A stretch of DNA of 64,000 nt, taken from Schmidtea polychroa (taxonomy: Eukaryota). Below are positions 1 through 11,389 of the stretch, one piece after another (position 1 is the stretch's first letter; each line of letters opens with the position of its first letter). The notes under the pieces were generated by a model. It was not told where the DNA came from and ran no database searches. It was given only the letters and a program-made list of their open reading frames with translations. The stretch is from positions 73,594,001 through 73,658,000 of the forward strand of contig CM097888.1 in the NCBI GenBank assembly GCA_044892525.1, given 5' to 3'. Both the position numbers and the translations under genes were made by a program.

Positions 1-8
1 TTATATAA

Positions 9-58
9 GTGAATAATTTTTTTTATTCTCTATCTAATTAATGATTATTTTCTTTTAG
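9..58 (+). other. Predicted 50-nt spliceosomal intron (phase 1) of polB
   Basis: GTGAAT...TTTTAG, AT-rich. The junction reads A|TG AAC in the frame of ORF 58-318. The upstream exon is truncated by the window edge. Confidence 0.55.
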
Positions 59-3000
59 TGAACGGATGCAGTTTATATAAATTTTGTATTGCCGAAAGTC
101 ATGAAGATGTGAAGAACTGTAAATCAGTTACATCATCATATTTCAAGATAAATGACTCTACCTTATCGGGTTACATATGTCCGGAATGTCTCATTATATC
201 ACCAGGTAGGTGGTTAATGTTTGTACGACAACACGGACACCATCTTAGAAAATTCGAAGAAACGAAGAGCAGGATGATCACTAAAAGTAATACTCTTTCT
301 ACTATTAACAATTATTAATTTTTTTTTATAGTACAATCGAAAATGAATACATCATACGATCCTAAGCAGATTAAAGAATATGTTACAAGTTATGTTATTT
401 AAGTTGTTTAATATTAATTATAAATATAGTTAGACAAAACTCTGGCACCACAAAACGAAAGTCAATATTTTACGGAAATGGAGACTCTAACATACAATTG
501 TGTCCACGTCGGGAGTCTGACTTAAATGGTTCTCGTGTTGAATTGACAAGCGATGTATCTGCCATTAATTCTCCTGACATTGTTGTTCCAGATTGTCTCA
601 TCAAAGAAATAGAAGATCATATTCAACGAATGGGTACAGTAAAAATCCAATTTGGACTTTGTGCAGAGTTTATCAAAGAGGATGGTGAAATTAAAAAATG
701 GCGTTTGTCGAATAAAGCAATTACAATGTCATCTTCATTTATTAATGATGGAATTGAAAAATTAAAAGAAAAGTTGGAGAAATACACTCAACACAGTAGT
801 GGGTGGAGAATTCATAAAATATTAGAAGTTACTATGATTTTAACTAAATTAGCAGACATAATACATGNNNNNNNNNNNNNNNNNNNNNNNNNNNNNNNNN
901 NNNNNNNNNNNNNNNNNNNNNNNNNNNNNNNNNNNNNNNNNNNNNNNNNNNNNNNNNNNNNNNNNNNNNNNNNNNNNNNNNNNNNNNNNNNNNNNNNNNN
1001 NNNNNNNNNNNNNNNNNNNNNNNNNNNNNNNNNNNNNNNNNNNNNTTCAAGTTACATTAAAACGCCAAATTACCTGAAAAACTGCCAGGCTTTAGTTAAT
1101 GTTCAAAATAATGATCAATTCTGCTTTTTATATAGCATACTGGCCGTATTACATTATGATGACATAAAACACCACAGAGAAAGAGTAATGAAATATAATT
1201 TAAGTGGTAATATATATTTAGAGTTAAAATGGAAATCAGATTGGTTTCCAATGAAGTTGGTTAACATTTCCCAATTTGAGGCAATGAATCCTAATCTAGC
1301 GATCAATGTTCTCAAATATAATAAAGATCCAATTAAACAAAAAACTAATGATATTTTCAAGAATCCGTTCGTTGACTTGGTATATAGAAGTACTTCGACG
1401 GGATCTCAATTATATCTCTTATTGATTGAAGAAGGTAATATTTCCTTTAATCATTAAAAATATTAACTAAATTTTAGAATTAAATTATCATTTTTTGGCT
1501 GTAACTAATCTCGATCGACTGCTCAATTACAGAGATAAAGTAGAAGGAGTCAGAATCCAATCACATTTGTGTCATACGTGTCTTCATGGGTTTCAAAAAC
1601 GTCCTGCTTTTGAAAGACATATAGGTCTTTGTAGGAAGAATGTGGAGCAGACGACTCTATACTCAATGCCAGAGAATAAATATATCGAATTTAAAGACTG
1701 GAGTAAAACTATAAAACAGCAGTTTGTTGTCTACGCGGATTTTGAATCAATATTACCTCTAGATGACAAGCACTTCCAAAAACATGAGCCGATTGCATCT
1801 GAATTTGTGCTTCTTCATCAAGGTTGTCCGATTCGAAATGAAACATTTGTTGGGAAAAACTGTATCATTCAGTTTATACAAGCATTGGATGATATAGCTA
1901 CAGACATAGTTTATCCGTGGTATAAAATTAATGGATCGAAGGAAATGATGGAACTCACTTGGGAACAGCAGGAAGAATTTACGAATCAAACTCATTGCTA
2001 CTTTTGTAAAAAGATTATCAATATACCTGTTCGGGATCATGATCATTTTACCGGTCAATATCTCGGAGCAGCGTGTCAAGATTGTAATTTGGCTAGAAGA
2101 ATCAATCCGTCTTTACCTGTTGTATTTCACAATCTTCGTGGATATGACATTCATCATATATTAAAATATGCAATTGGAAAATTCCCCGATTGGAATTTAA
2201 ATGTTATTCCTCAATCAACAGAAAAGTTTCTCACACTTACAGCGACATCGAAAGGCAGAAGAATTAGATTCATTGATTCTTTACAATTTTTAAATAGCAG
2301 CTTGGCAAATTTATCAAAAAATTTACCATGTCTTCCACTGACCTCAGATGTTTTCGAATCACAGATGATGACTTGTAAAACCATTTTTCCTTATGAAATG
2401 GCTACATCAATGGATGTTTTACAGTCAATAACAGAATTACCACTGATTTGGGAGGGAGTTAGTGAAGAAGATTATATACATGCAAATCGAATCTGGCAAC
2501 AATACAACTGTGAGACACTGCTAGATTACATGCTAGTATATCTCAAGCTGGATGTTTTTCTGTTGGCCGATGTTTTTGAAGCTTTCAGAGAAAAAACATT
2601 TGACGAAGATGGACTTGAGGCTCTATCGTTTGTTTCCATACCCGGATTAAGTTGGGCATCAGCTATTAAACAGTTACCTGAACCGGTAGAACTTATTCAA
2701 GATCCAGAGCTTTACCGTTTATTTGAAGCTGGTATTCGTGGTGGAATGACATTTATCAACAAACATCATGTTGAAGCTGATGAATCAACACAAATGTCAT
2801 ACCTAGATGTTAATAATTTATATGGATGGGCGCTGTCGCAAAAACTTCCTGTTGGTGAATTTAGATGGATAAATGATCAGACTGAAATGAATGGTATTGT
2901 TGAAAGATGTGCAAATGGGGATGAGTTTGATGGAGATCGTGGATATGTTCTAGAGTTTGACATCGTCATTCCTGATAGTATACAAGATAAGCTAGATGAT

Positions 3001-4059
3001 TTACCTATAGCTCCTGAGCTTTGTTATCCACCTGGTAGTAAAGTTGAAAAGCTGTTGTTAACTCATGAGCCTAAGAAAAACTATGTAGTTAATGGTAGAA
3101 TTTTGACAGAGTGGTTGAGTTACGGCGCAAAAGTCACAAAAGTTAATCGTGCTGTAGAATTCAAGCAAGTGGCTATTTTCAAAGGATATATTGATTACAA
3201 TACCAAAATGAGAGCAGCTAGTACGGATTCGTTTCAGCGAGATTATTATAAGTTAAAGAACAACAGTTTATATGGTAAAACTGTGGAAAACTTGAAGAAA
3301 CGTATAAATTTGAGATTATGCAACAAAAGCAAAAGATTGATAACTTATTGTAGTCATCCTATGTTTCGTCGTAGCATCAAGATTGCGGATGATCTCATTG
3401 CTGTTATACTCAATAAGGAAATTGTGTGTTTAGATAGACCAATGTATATTGGACAAACCGTACTTGATTTATCCAAACTTCGCATGTACCAGTTTCAATA
3501 TAAAGAACTACAAAGTTATAGAGAAGAATTCAATTGTCAAATTAATATCGTAGCCGGTGACACAGATTCCTTCTTTTTAGAGTGTAAAAATGTAGATTTA
3601 CGCTTACAACTATATCCAAAAATGATTGAAGATGGGCTCCTAGATACTTCAAATTATCCAGTGACCGATCCGTTGTTCTCTGATAAAATTTGTTCTGTAA
3701 TCGGGAAAGTTAAGGATGAGAATAAAGGAAATCAATATAAAGAATGGGTGTTTCTTCGACCCAAGTGCTACTCACTCCAAGGCGATAAAAACACTCTAAA
3801 AGCCAAAGGAATAAGACTTACAAATTCTAATATCACCCATGAAGCCTATAAAAAAGTGTATACTGATGGTGGAACTGTGAGCATCCCACAAAAAAGAATA
3901 GGAAGTGTCAATCATCAGTTGTATACTTTCATGACAGAAAAACGAGCTCTCCAATGTTTGGACGATAAAAGGTATTGGTACAATTGTAATGAAAGTTATG
4001 CCTACGGTCACTATAAGATTCGCCAAATGCATATTGCAACTGCTATGTCTAGAAATTAA
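59..4059 (+). CDS. polB: Spliced Polinton/Maverick-type protein-primed DNA polymerase B polyprotein (Zn finger, TP-like region, vOTU-like protease, exonuclease with EndoVII-like insert, polymerase). Exons 59-286, 332-388, 430-1434, 1478-4059; the 5' end probably lies upstream of the window.
   Basis: Exo I YADFES, Exo II FHNLRGYD, Exo III YLKLDV, Pol A YLDVNNLYG, Pol B KLKNNSLYGK, Pol C AGDTDS, FLRPKCY, KAKGI, DDKRY. N-terminal family motifs SSGWRI, SSYIKTP, NVQNNDQFCFLYS. Three track ORFs in different frames join into one frame via GT-AG introns. Confidence 0.9.
287..331 (+). other. Predicted 45-nt intron (phase 1) of polB
   Basis: GTAATA...TTATAG. Removes the stop at 316-318; the junction gives TK-I-QSKMNTSYDPKQIKEYVT. 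Confidence 0.75.
389..429 (+). other. Predicted 41-nt intron (phase 1) of polB
   Basis: GTTATG...AATATAG. The junction A|TT AGA CAA enters the frame of ORF 498-1457 with no stop. Confidence 0.7.
868..1045. other. Assembly gap (178 N)
   Basis: Run of N. Confidence 1.
1435..1477 (+). other. Predicted 43-nt intron (phase 1) of polB
   Basis: GTAATA...TTTTAG. Joins LYLLLIEE to ELNYHFLAVTNLDRLL, recreating the family motif LLLI..HY/F.lI.nl.RLL. Confidence 0.88.
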
Positions 4060-4454
4060 TGCAAATCGAAACAAGCACTTTAACAATTAAATTTATGTGA
4101 ATAATAAAATATATATTGTGAATAATTTGTCTTCGTTAATTAAAATATGTTTTATCATTTAATAATTCATTTGTCCAATTATTTTAGATAATTAGTTTCA
4201 AGTAAGAAATATTATTTTCGTGTTTATTTTATTTATTTATTTATTTTTTCCGAAATATTAATATCCGGTTTATCTAAAATTAAATCATCGTTTTATTTTA
4301 TAATAAATTAAATAATTTCTAATTAAAATTTTATTCGAATTGAATAATTACTAATTAAAATTTTATTCAAATTGAAATATTAATGTTATAATTTACGTTC
4401 TTGTTAGAATATAATGTAAATGTAAAATTAAAAAAAATAAATAAATAAATAAAT

Positions 4455-4890
4455 AAAATAAATAATAATAATAATAATTAAATAACGTTAGTAATTAAAA
4501 CAAAATATTAAAAAACAAATTAATTAATTAAATGTAATAAATTAAAAATTAACTAAAGTAAGTAATTAAAAATATAACATCATAAAATAATTAATTAATA
4601 AAATTAAAGAGAAAAAAAAATAAAATAAATAAATAGAAGTAATTAAATAAAATTAAAATTAAAAAAAAAATAATAATAATAATAATAATAATTAAATAGC
4701 GAAGGTAATTAAAATAAAATATTAATAAACTAATGAATTAATTAAATGTAATAAATTAAAAATTAACTAAAGTAAGTAATTAAAATATAACATCATAAAA
4801 TAATTAATTATAAAAATTATAAAGAAAAAATTAAAAAGAAGTAATTAAATAAAATGTTAATTTAAAAAAAAATAATAATAATAATAAATG
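4455..4890. repeat. Two imperfect tandem copies of a ~210-bp extremely AT-rich unit
   Basis: The block ...AATGTAATAAATTAAAAATTAACTAAAGTAAGTAATTAAAA.TATAACATCATAAAATAATTAATT... occurs near 4530 and 4745. Confidence 0.8.
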
Positions 4891-6429
4891 ATTCAATTGA
4901 CCTATATTTGATCTTGATATTCCATGACCTTGAAAGTGTCCTGGAGTCCTTACTACATACTACTTTGATATTATTTTTAAATAATTATTAGCAATGATTT
5001 TAAGTTTATTTGATAAAGTTTTTACACATTTCCATAATTGTTGAACTTTGGGAAATTGAAACTTTTGTATTCTACAAATGTTTTCCCTTATCCTGTAATG
5101 TTCACAAAAAATATGGATTGACATATTCGAAAAACCCTATCTCCTTGTCGGCAGTAACCATTGCATGATTTATCTCCTTTATCTTTTGTGATAAAAAACA
5201 AGTTTTCATATATTCTATTATTGTATTTCTTATCGTATAATTGACAATTCCTACTTGATATGCTAAAATAGAAGTGTTTTTTAACCAGTTTCTAGTCTTA
5301 AATTATTTAAAGTTTAATTTTTCGAAATAATTTGTTCTTCTTTATTTTTATTTTAACAACAACTAAACCGTAGGAACCAAATAAAATTATAATAAAAATA
5401 CGATTAAACGCGATTTTTAATTTATCTTCATTCTTTGATCACTGATTTAAATAGAAAACAAAAATTAAGTCTATAATCTGAAAGAATTAAAATAAACAAA
5501 ATTGAAAATGAAAACAAATCGAAGGTGAAAAATTTAACTGATCTTAAAATTCAATTATTTAAACATGGTCTTAATAATCAACATTTTACATTCGATTGTT
5601 GAAAATTTAGAAATTTTCATTATTTATTTTAGCATAAGAACTTTTTTTCCAATTTCACCATTGATTTCTTTTCCATTGTATTTATTAAAAATCTTGAAGA
5701 CTATGAATCAGTAAATATATCGATGTTTTTGATATATTTGCTGATTAATAGTCTTCAAGCTTTTAATAAATTATTTATTTTGATTTACTTTATTAATAGC
5801 GATCACAAAAATAGTGAGTGGTTAAAAATAGAGACCATCAAAACAGCGACAATAAATACTAGTGAGCAGATATTTAAGGAATAATTAAAAGGTGTATACA
5901 CAGGCGTTAATTACTGAGTACAAATCAAATTAATTTGAGCAGCAATAAAAAATTCTATTTAGCAGTAATTTATCGCTCAATCAATACGTGACGTGTTTAG
6001 TGCCTTGGATGATTAATTACCAAGAAGTTAATTATTGAGTAAAAATTGAAAGATAGTTAAAGTAAAATGTTGAAAATCCAGGTAATCACCAAAAATAATT
6101 TATTTTTTAATTGAGCAGTAATCAAAGAAAATTTAAACTATACTATATAAAATAATAAAAAAAAATTATTCCATATATAAATTTTCAATTCATATAATAA
6201 ATCGCTGTTTTTGATGAACGCTGTATAACGAAATCACTATTATTAACGTACACCTTTATTTTAATATTACTTTTGAAAATCTCTAAATGAAAATAAATTG
6301 TTTATTCTCTACTCTTTATAAAATTATAATCAAAGAAAACTTTTTATCATTTTATCTATTTTTTTAGGATAGCATGTTTGTTTAAAGCAAAAATAAATAT
6401 AGAAAATAATATATAAAAGTAACGTTGTT

Positions 6430-6580
6430 AAATTCCAAATGTTCGAGAAGGTGTACTTCAGCTGACCACCAATGTTTGAACACTGCTTTACCGCGTCAGT
6501 TTTATTTAATCGTACTGAACCCAGCCAACACTCCATAACATAGTTCCCTGAAATGCTTACATTCTGACAAGGCAGTTCAA
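6430..6580 (-). CDS. Possible host exon, weakly C-type-lectin-like
   Basis: Reads LPCQNVSISGNYVMECWLGSVRLNKTDAVKQCSNIGGQL, resembling the A..C...GG.L pattern. No full gene model could be built. Confidence 0.25.
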
Positions 6581-7370
6581 ATGTTAAACAAATTAAATCT
6601 AATTAAACAATGTGATTTTAATTTTAAAAATTAATAACAACAAACTGAAAAGGAATCCAAAATAATATATGAACATATTTCTTTTGAAATTGAGTAATTT
6701 TGTTTTATCGGTTTAATAAAAAATAAGTAAAGTAGGTAGATTTATATAAAATTTGTATACATGTTTCTATCCAATCTCTCTGTCTGAAAAATCATTGGGC
6801 AAATGCAAAATGAGATGTAGGTAAGTCAGTTACAGTTTGTTTACAGGTTTGGCTATCAACTGTAACTAATGGAATGAAGTGAAAATATTGTTTTAATGAA
6901 TAAAATCCCAGATCTGGAAAACCAATGATGTTAGCTGGTTTATTGATAACCTTTTGGTACTATTAAATGAAATGTTTAAAATTATATAATACTGGACAAA
7001 TCATTAAAACAAAATACTTTCAAGAATTAGTAAAATCGGTTCGAAATATCAAATAAAATATCAGAATAAAAGCAACAAAGAATTTAGCAAACATGCTGAT
7101 AATTTATAGCTTCGATTCAATAAGAAAAAATAATTCAACAATATTAAGTAAAAGTCAAGAGATTCAAAAACATATTTTACTTTAAAAAAATACAGATTTA
7201 ATAAAGTTAAAAAAGTCATAAAGCTTTTTTCGCACCTAAACTCAATTCAAAATTTTCACATTAAATAGGCTTACTTTCATTTTTTTCTTTCACCATTATA
7301 CGATAAGTAGCGTTCTAAAAATTAAACTTTACTTTAAAATTATAAGAAAGCGTCGCTCAAACATTCGTTT

Positions 7371-7409
7371 TACGATATATTTCGACAGTTTTTCTGCCAT
7401 CATCAGGTA
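7371..7409 (-). ncRNA. Minimal type I hammerhead ribozyme (Penelope-associated)
   Basis: Minus strand UAC-CUGAUGA-U-GGCAG-AAAAA-CUGUC-GAAA-UAU-AUC-GUA: intact core, 5-bp stem II with one GU pair, short palindromic stem III, AUC cleavage triplet, 3-bp stem I. Confidence 0.75.
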
Positions 7410-7763
7410 GTATATAAAAACTATAGAAATTATAGGTTTTTGAAATTTATTAATTATATCAAATTTTTAATACAAATATTTTATTCTTTAAAATGTTATA
7501 AAAATTATAATCCAAATAATAAATCCAAATAATTTTTTAAATAATAACAATTAGAAATAAAATTTTAAAATATTGAAATTCAAAATTATTCAATTTAATA
7601 ATTTAGTAATTATTTAATTTAACAACAATCCATACATACAATATACAAAAACCTATTTAAAAACATTTAAAACACAATAACTCATTGCATTTTACACGTT
7701 AATTTTCGGATTCAATGAATATCAATAATACTTCACAAATCACACGTTCCCAATAGATATTAA

Positions 7764-7994
7764 CCCTTTCCTATCTTGTGTCTATAAAAATATGACAAAA
7801 AAAATTAACCATTCTATCCTTTGTCTGTAAAAAAATGACATTATTTTTGAATAGTTTTTTTCCCATGCACTGTCGATTATATTATGACCAACTATTTATA
7901 GAGCCAACAACCAACATTGATCGTAGAGTACACCCAACAAATTGTATTAGGATTGGAACGGGGGGGCACGTAAAATAAAGAAGATATGAAAGGG
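7764..7994. mobile_element. piggyBac-type MITE (231 bp)
   Basis: TTAA on both sides (7760-7763, 7995-7998); 14-bp TIR CCCTTTC(C/A)TATCTT with one mismatch. Confidence 0.85.
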
Positions 7995-9099
7995 TTAAGA
8001 ATTTTTAATAAAATTTTTAAATCAGCCTATTTTTCTCTTACAGTCCTTATCGTGCTCACTAATATTGGGCAATGCCTTCGGTCTATAATGTTCTCGAGCT
8101 CGAATACAGAGATGAAGAGAGGTCTCTCCATTGTATATAGCATTACACCCGTTACATATAAACTGATAAACGATATCAGAATACAATTCATCCGGAGTTT
8201 TAGACTTAATTTTGAATTTCAATATTTTAAAATTTTATTTTGAAATTATTATTTTTTAAAAAATTATTTGGATTTATTATTTGGATTATAATTTTTATAA
8301 CATCTTAAAGAATAAAATATTTGTATTAAAAATTTGATATAATTAATATACATATTGCATACTTTACATGAACTTGATACAATCTTATAGTTTAAATTCC
8401 TCAAATGCTTGCTTAATTAATTTTAATAATCTTTAAAATCTTCTGACTAACCAACACAAATTTAAGTTTATCCTTCTAACACTCGCTATTTAATTTATTT
8501 AACTTATTAAACTCACCCACACCAACAGAATCACACCCAGATTTTCTCAAACATGGATCCTTAGGATTTTTAATAAATTTATCAACAGTCTCTTTTCCCA
8601 TAATTAATAAAAAAGATTTTGAATAACCATTCTTCATTAACAATTCAACCAATTTATCAACACTTTTTACTGAATTTACAAAAGTAGAAAACAAAGACTT
8701 TGAACGATAAATCAATCCCTTAATCATATTTCTCTTATACTTGAATTCACAAGAACTTTCGGACGAAGTATAGAATTGGTTCTCTATAAATCTTTGTCTT
8801 ATAGTGTTTCATTTGCGTTGTATTAACAGATCGAAGAAAGCAAGTGATGATTTTTTCACATGTGGATACAAAGTATATATAATACGATGTGTATATAATA
8901 TAAAAGTATGACTCATCTATGATAACTCAGTGCTTTGTTAAATGGACATTACGGAATTTTTTAAAAAGAAGTAAATGTTAATGTAATAGCCTTATTACAT
9001 TATTCGAATTGTGGTAATAACTGGGTACAAAGTTCATGCATTCAAGCATTAACAACACCAGTCGAATTTCCTGTTACGAAATTAGGAAAATAAATTTAA

Positions 9100-10818
9100 A
9101 TTAATTCAATGTACATTGTTATACACAAATGATACATAAATGATTGTCTACAAGATATGCGCCTGAATAAATTACGAATTGTAAAGAGGTTTTCTATTTC
9201 ATGACAAATTTGACTATGAGGTTGCAGTGAAATGAAATAATTATTTTTGTCATCTAGAAAGAAGAGAAGACTAGAAAATTCGAACATTTACAAAATCTGA
9301 TTTGATGACATTTTCTGTAACAAATATCCACTGATATATATCCACAAATATCCATTGTTGGTGGAAGCAGGTTATTAATTACAAATATTTGCTTATCTTG
9401 ACTATTTCTATGAAAACAAATATATACAATAAAAGTTGAAGGTTATTAGTAGGTAGATATATGCTCCCTGCAGCGCGACCATTAGGTGTGTCCCTTTCTT
9501 ATATTAATTACGTAATCAACCCAGATTATTTTTTCATTGCGTAATTATGTAATATTTAATTAAAGATTTATGTCAATTTGAAGAGCTATAGTCAGAGATT
9601 ATTTTTAGTCTCTATCCTATACATTAAAACATGTACACAATAACAAATTAGCTAACTATAAATATTGTTTATTCAATGCAATTTATCAAATATGCGCAAA
9701 AGTAAATTAAAAAAAAACAATTAATTTGTCAAGACTTAAAATAAATTAAATTAATTTGTTAGATTTCTAAAACATTTGATAGTACTTTGAATAAAACTTT
9801 AGAACATTAATTGATAAGACACATTAAATAAAGTTGTTAAATAAAAGTGTCATAAAAAATTATCAACCACAATACTAAGATATTGAATTTGCAAGTCTTG
9901 AATCTAATACTTGAGATCATCTTTTTGTATTGATATTTTTAACCTTAAAACCCAAAAGTTCTTTAAATTCACATAATTTTTAAATAATACATAATTACGT
10001 AATTAATATGGGAAGGAAGGTATAGGTCGTGCTGGAGGGAGCTACTTATTGTTATTATTTAAAAAAGTAATAGTTTTAAAAAATTTATTGTTCGAGAAAT
10101 ATAAACAGGAAATGAAGTCTATTGTCATTAAAAACTTTTGAACAAAAGAAATTACTATTCTTCATAAATTTATTTTAAAAGGTAAAATTCATTGTATTTA
10201 TGTTGAAGAAATTGAATTACAGACGAGGCAATTGAATTTGATACAATGTTTGTAAAATTATAAAATCAAAATTCTTTTATTGAAATCAATACGTTAAAGA
10301 CTTAAATGATTTTCATTCGAACTCCATTAGTGTTCTTGAGTATCATAGTAACAAACTCATAATAAAATATAGATTTATTGATACCAAATTTACGCCACAA
10401 TAATATTAGGCTGAACCCAAAAATATCAATAGATTATAAGCGATTATATGTTAATTAGGTTGTGTACATCAACAATGACACAACAGCTATGAAATTCAGT
10501 AATAAAACAGTTCTTGACAATGGAATAGTTTTAATTATTTAATTATTTCACTTTTTATTATTTTACTCACCTTTTATTTACTCGCTTGATTACGACCATT
10601 TTCACTTGTTTCATATCTTTTATTTATTTGTTTAATGAACGCTTTCATTCTTGGTCAATTTCTGGCAATCAGTTTTCGATATAACCACTTAATCCCGGAA
10701 TTAATATTAATTTAGTCTTTTAAATTTTTTATGCATTTTAGATTTTGTTCGATAACTCGTAATAACATTTTAATTAATTTTGAATTTCAATATATATTTG
10801 CTTTTCCCTTACGTTTTC
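9100..10818. repeat. Unclassified dispersed repeat, copy 1 (block A ~9100-9590, block B ~9960-10818)
   Basis: Block A matches ~31990-32936 and block B matches ~34790-35660. Part of A recurs at ~48890-49020. Confidence 0.8.
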
Positions 10819-11078
10819 NNNNNNNNNNNNNNNNNNNNNNNNNNNNNNNNNNNNNNNNNNNNNNNNNNNNNNNNNNNNNNNNNNNNNNNNNNNNNNNNNN
10901 NNNNNNNNNNNNNNNNNNNNNNNNNNNNNNNNNNNNNNNNNNNNNNNNNNNNNNNNNNNNNNNNNNNNNNNNNNNNNNNNNNNNNNNNNNNNNNNNNNNN
11001 NNNNNNNNNNNNNNNNNNNNNNNNNNNNNNNNNNNNNNNNNNNNNNNNNNNNNNNNNNNNNNNNNNNNNNNNNNNNNN
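10819..11078. other. Assembly gap (260 N)
   Basis: Run of N. Confidence 1.
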
Positions 11079-11389
11079 ATATAATAATAAAATAGCCCGA
11101 ATGAGATAAATATATGAATTTTGAGATATTATGGGAAGTGTGTTTGTTATTTATTATTATTATCTTTTACTTTCAAATGTTTATGACATTTGATAAATAA
11201 TAAATATTATGAATAGGAAATTTATGAATGTTAATTGAATTTTTCATACTAATCAAACAGTCAAAATGTGATCCTTTTACAATGAGCCATTATTATTGGT
11301 CTTCGAGAATTTTTGTGATACTCGACAACCGATAGTTAGTAGCCCTTAGGACAGACCATCCAGTGTACCTTCTCTAGATAGAAGTTTTT

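Larger units (their letters stand above)
7340..8830 (-). mobile_element. 5'-truncated, decayed Penelope-like element (post-RT domain, GIY-YIG endonuclease, 3' region with hammerhead)
   Basis: SCEFKYKRNMIKGLIYRSKSL...LLMKNGY at 8476-8760; IVYQFICNGCNAIYNGETSLHLCIRAREH at 8022-8222. The tail YWERVICEVLLI continues below 7760 after removing a MITE. Confidence 0.85.

Noticed and set aside
1495-1497. TTG start of the 854-aa ORF, implying a bacterial or phage polymerase gene
   Set aside because: The frame continues upstream through a spliceosomal intron. Non-ATG starts in the ORF track are not meaningful in this eukaryotic context.
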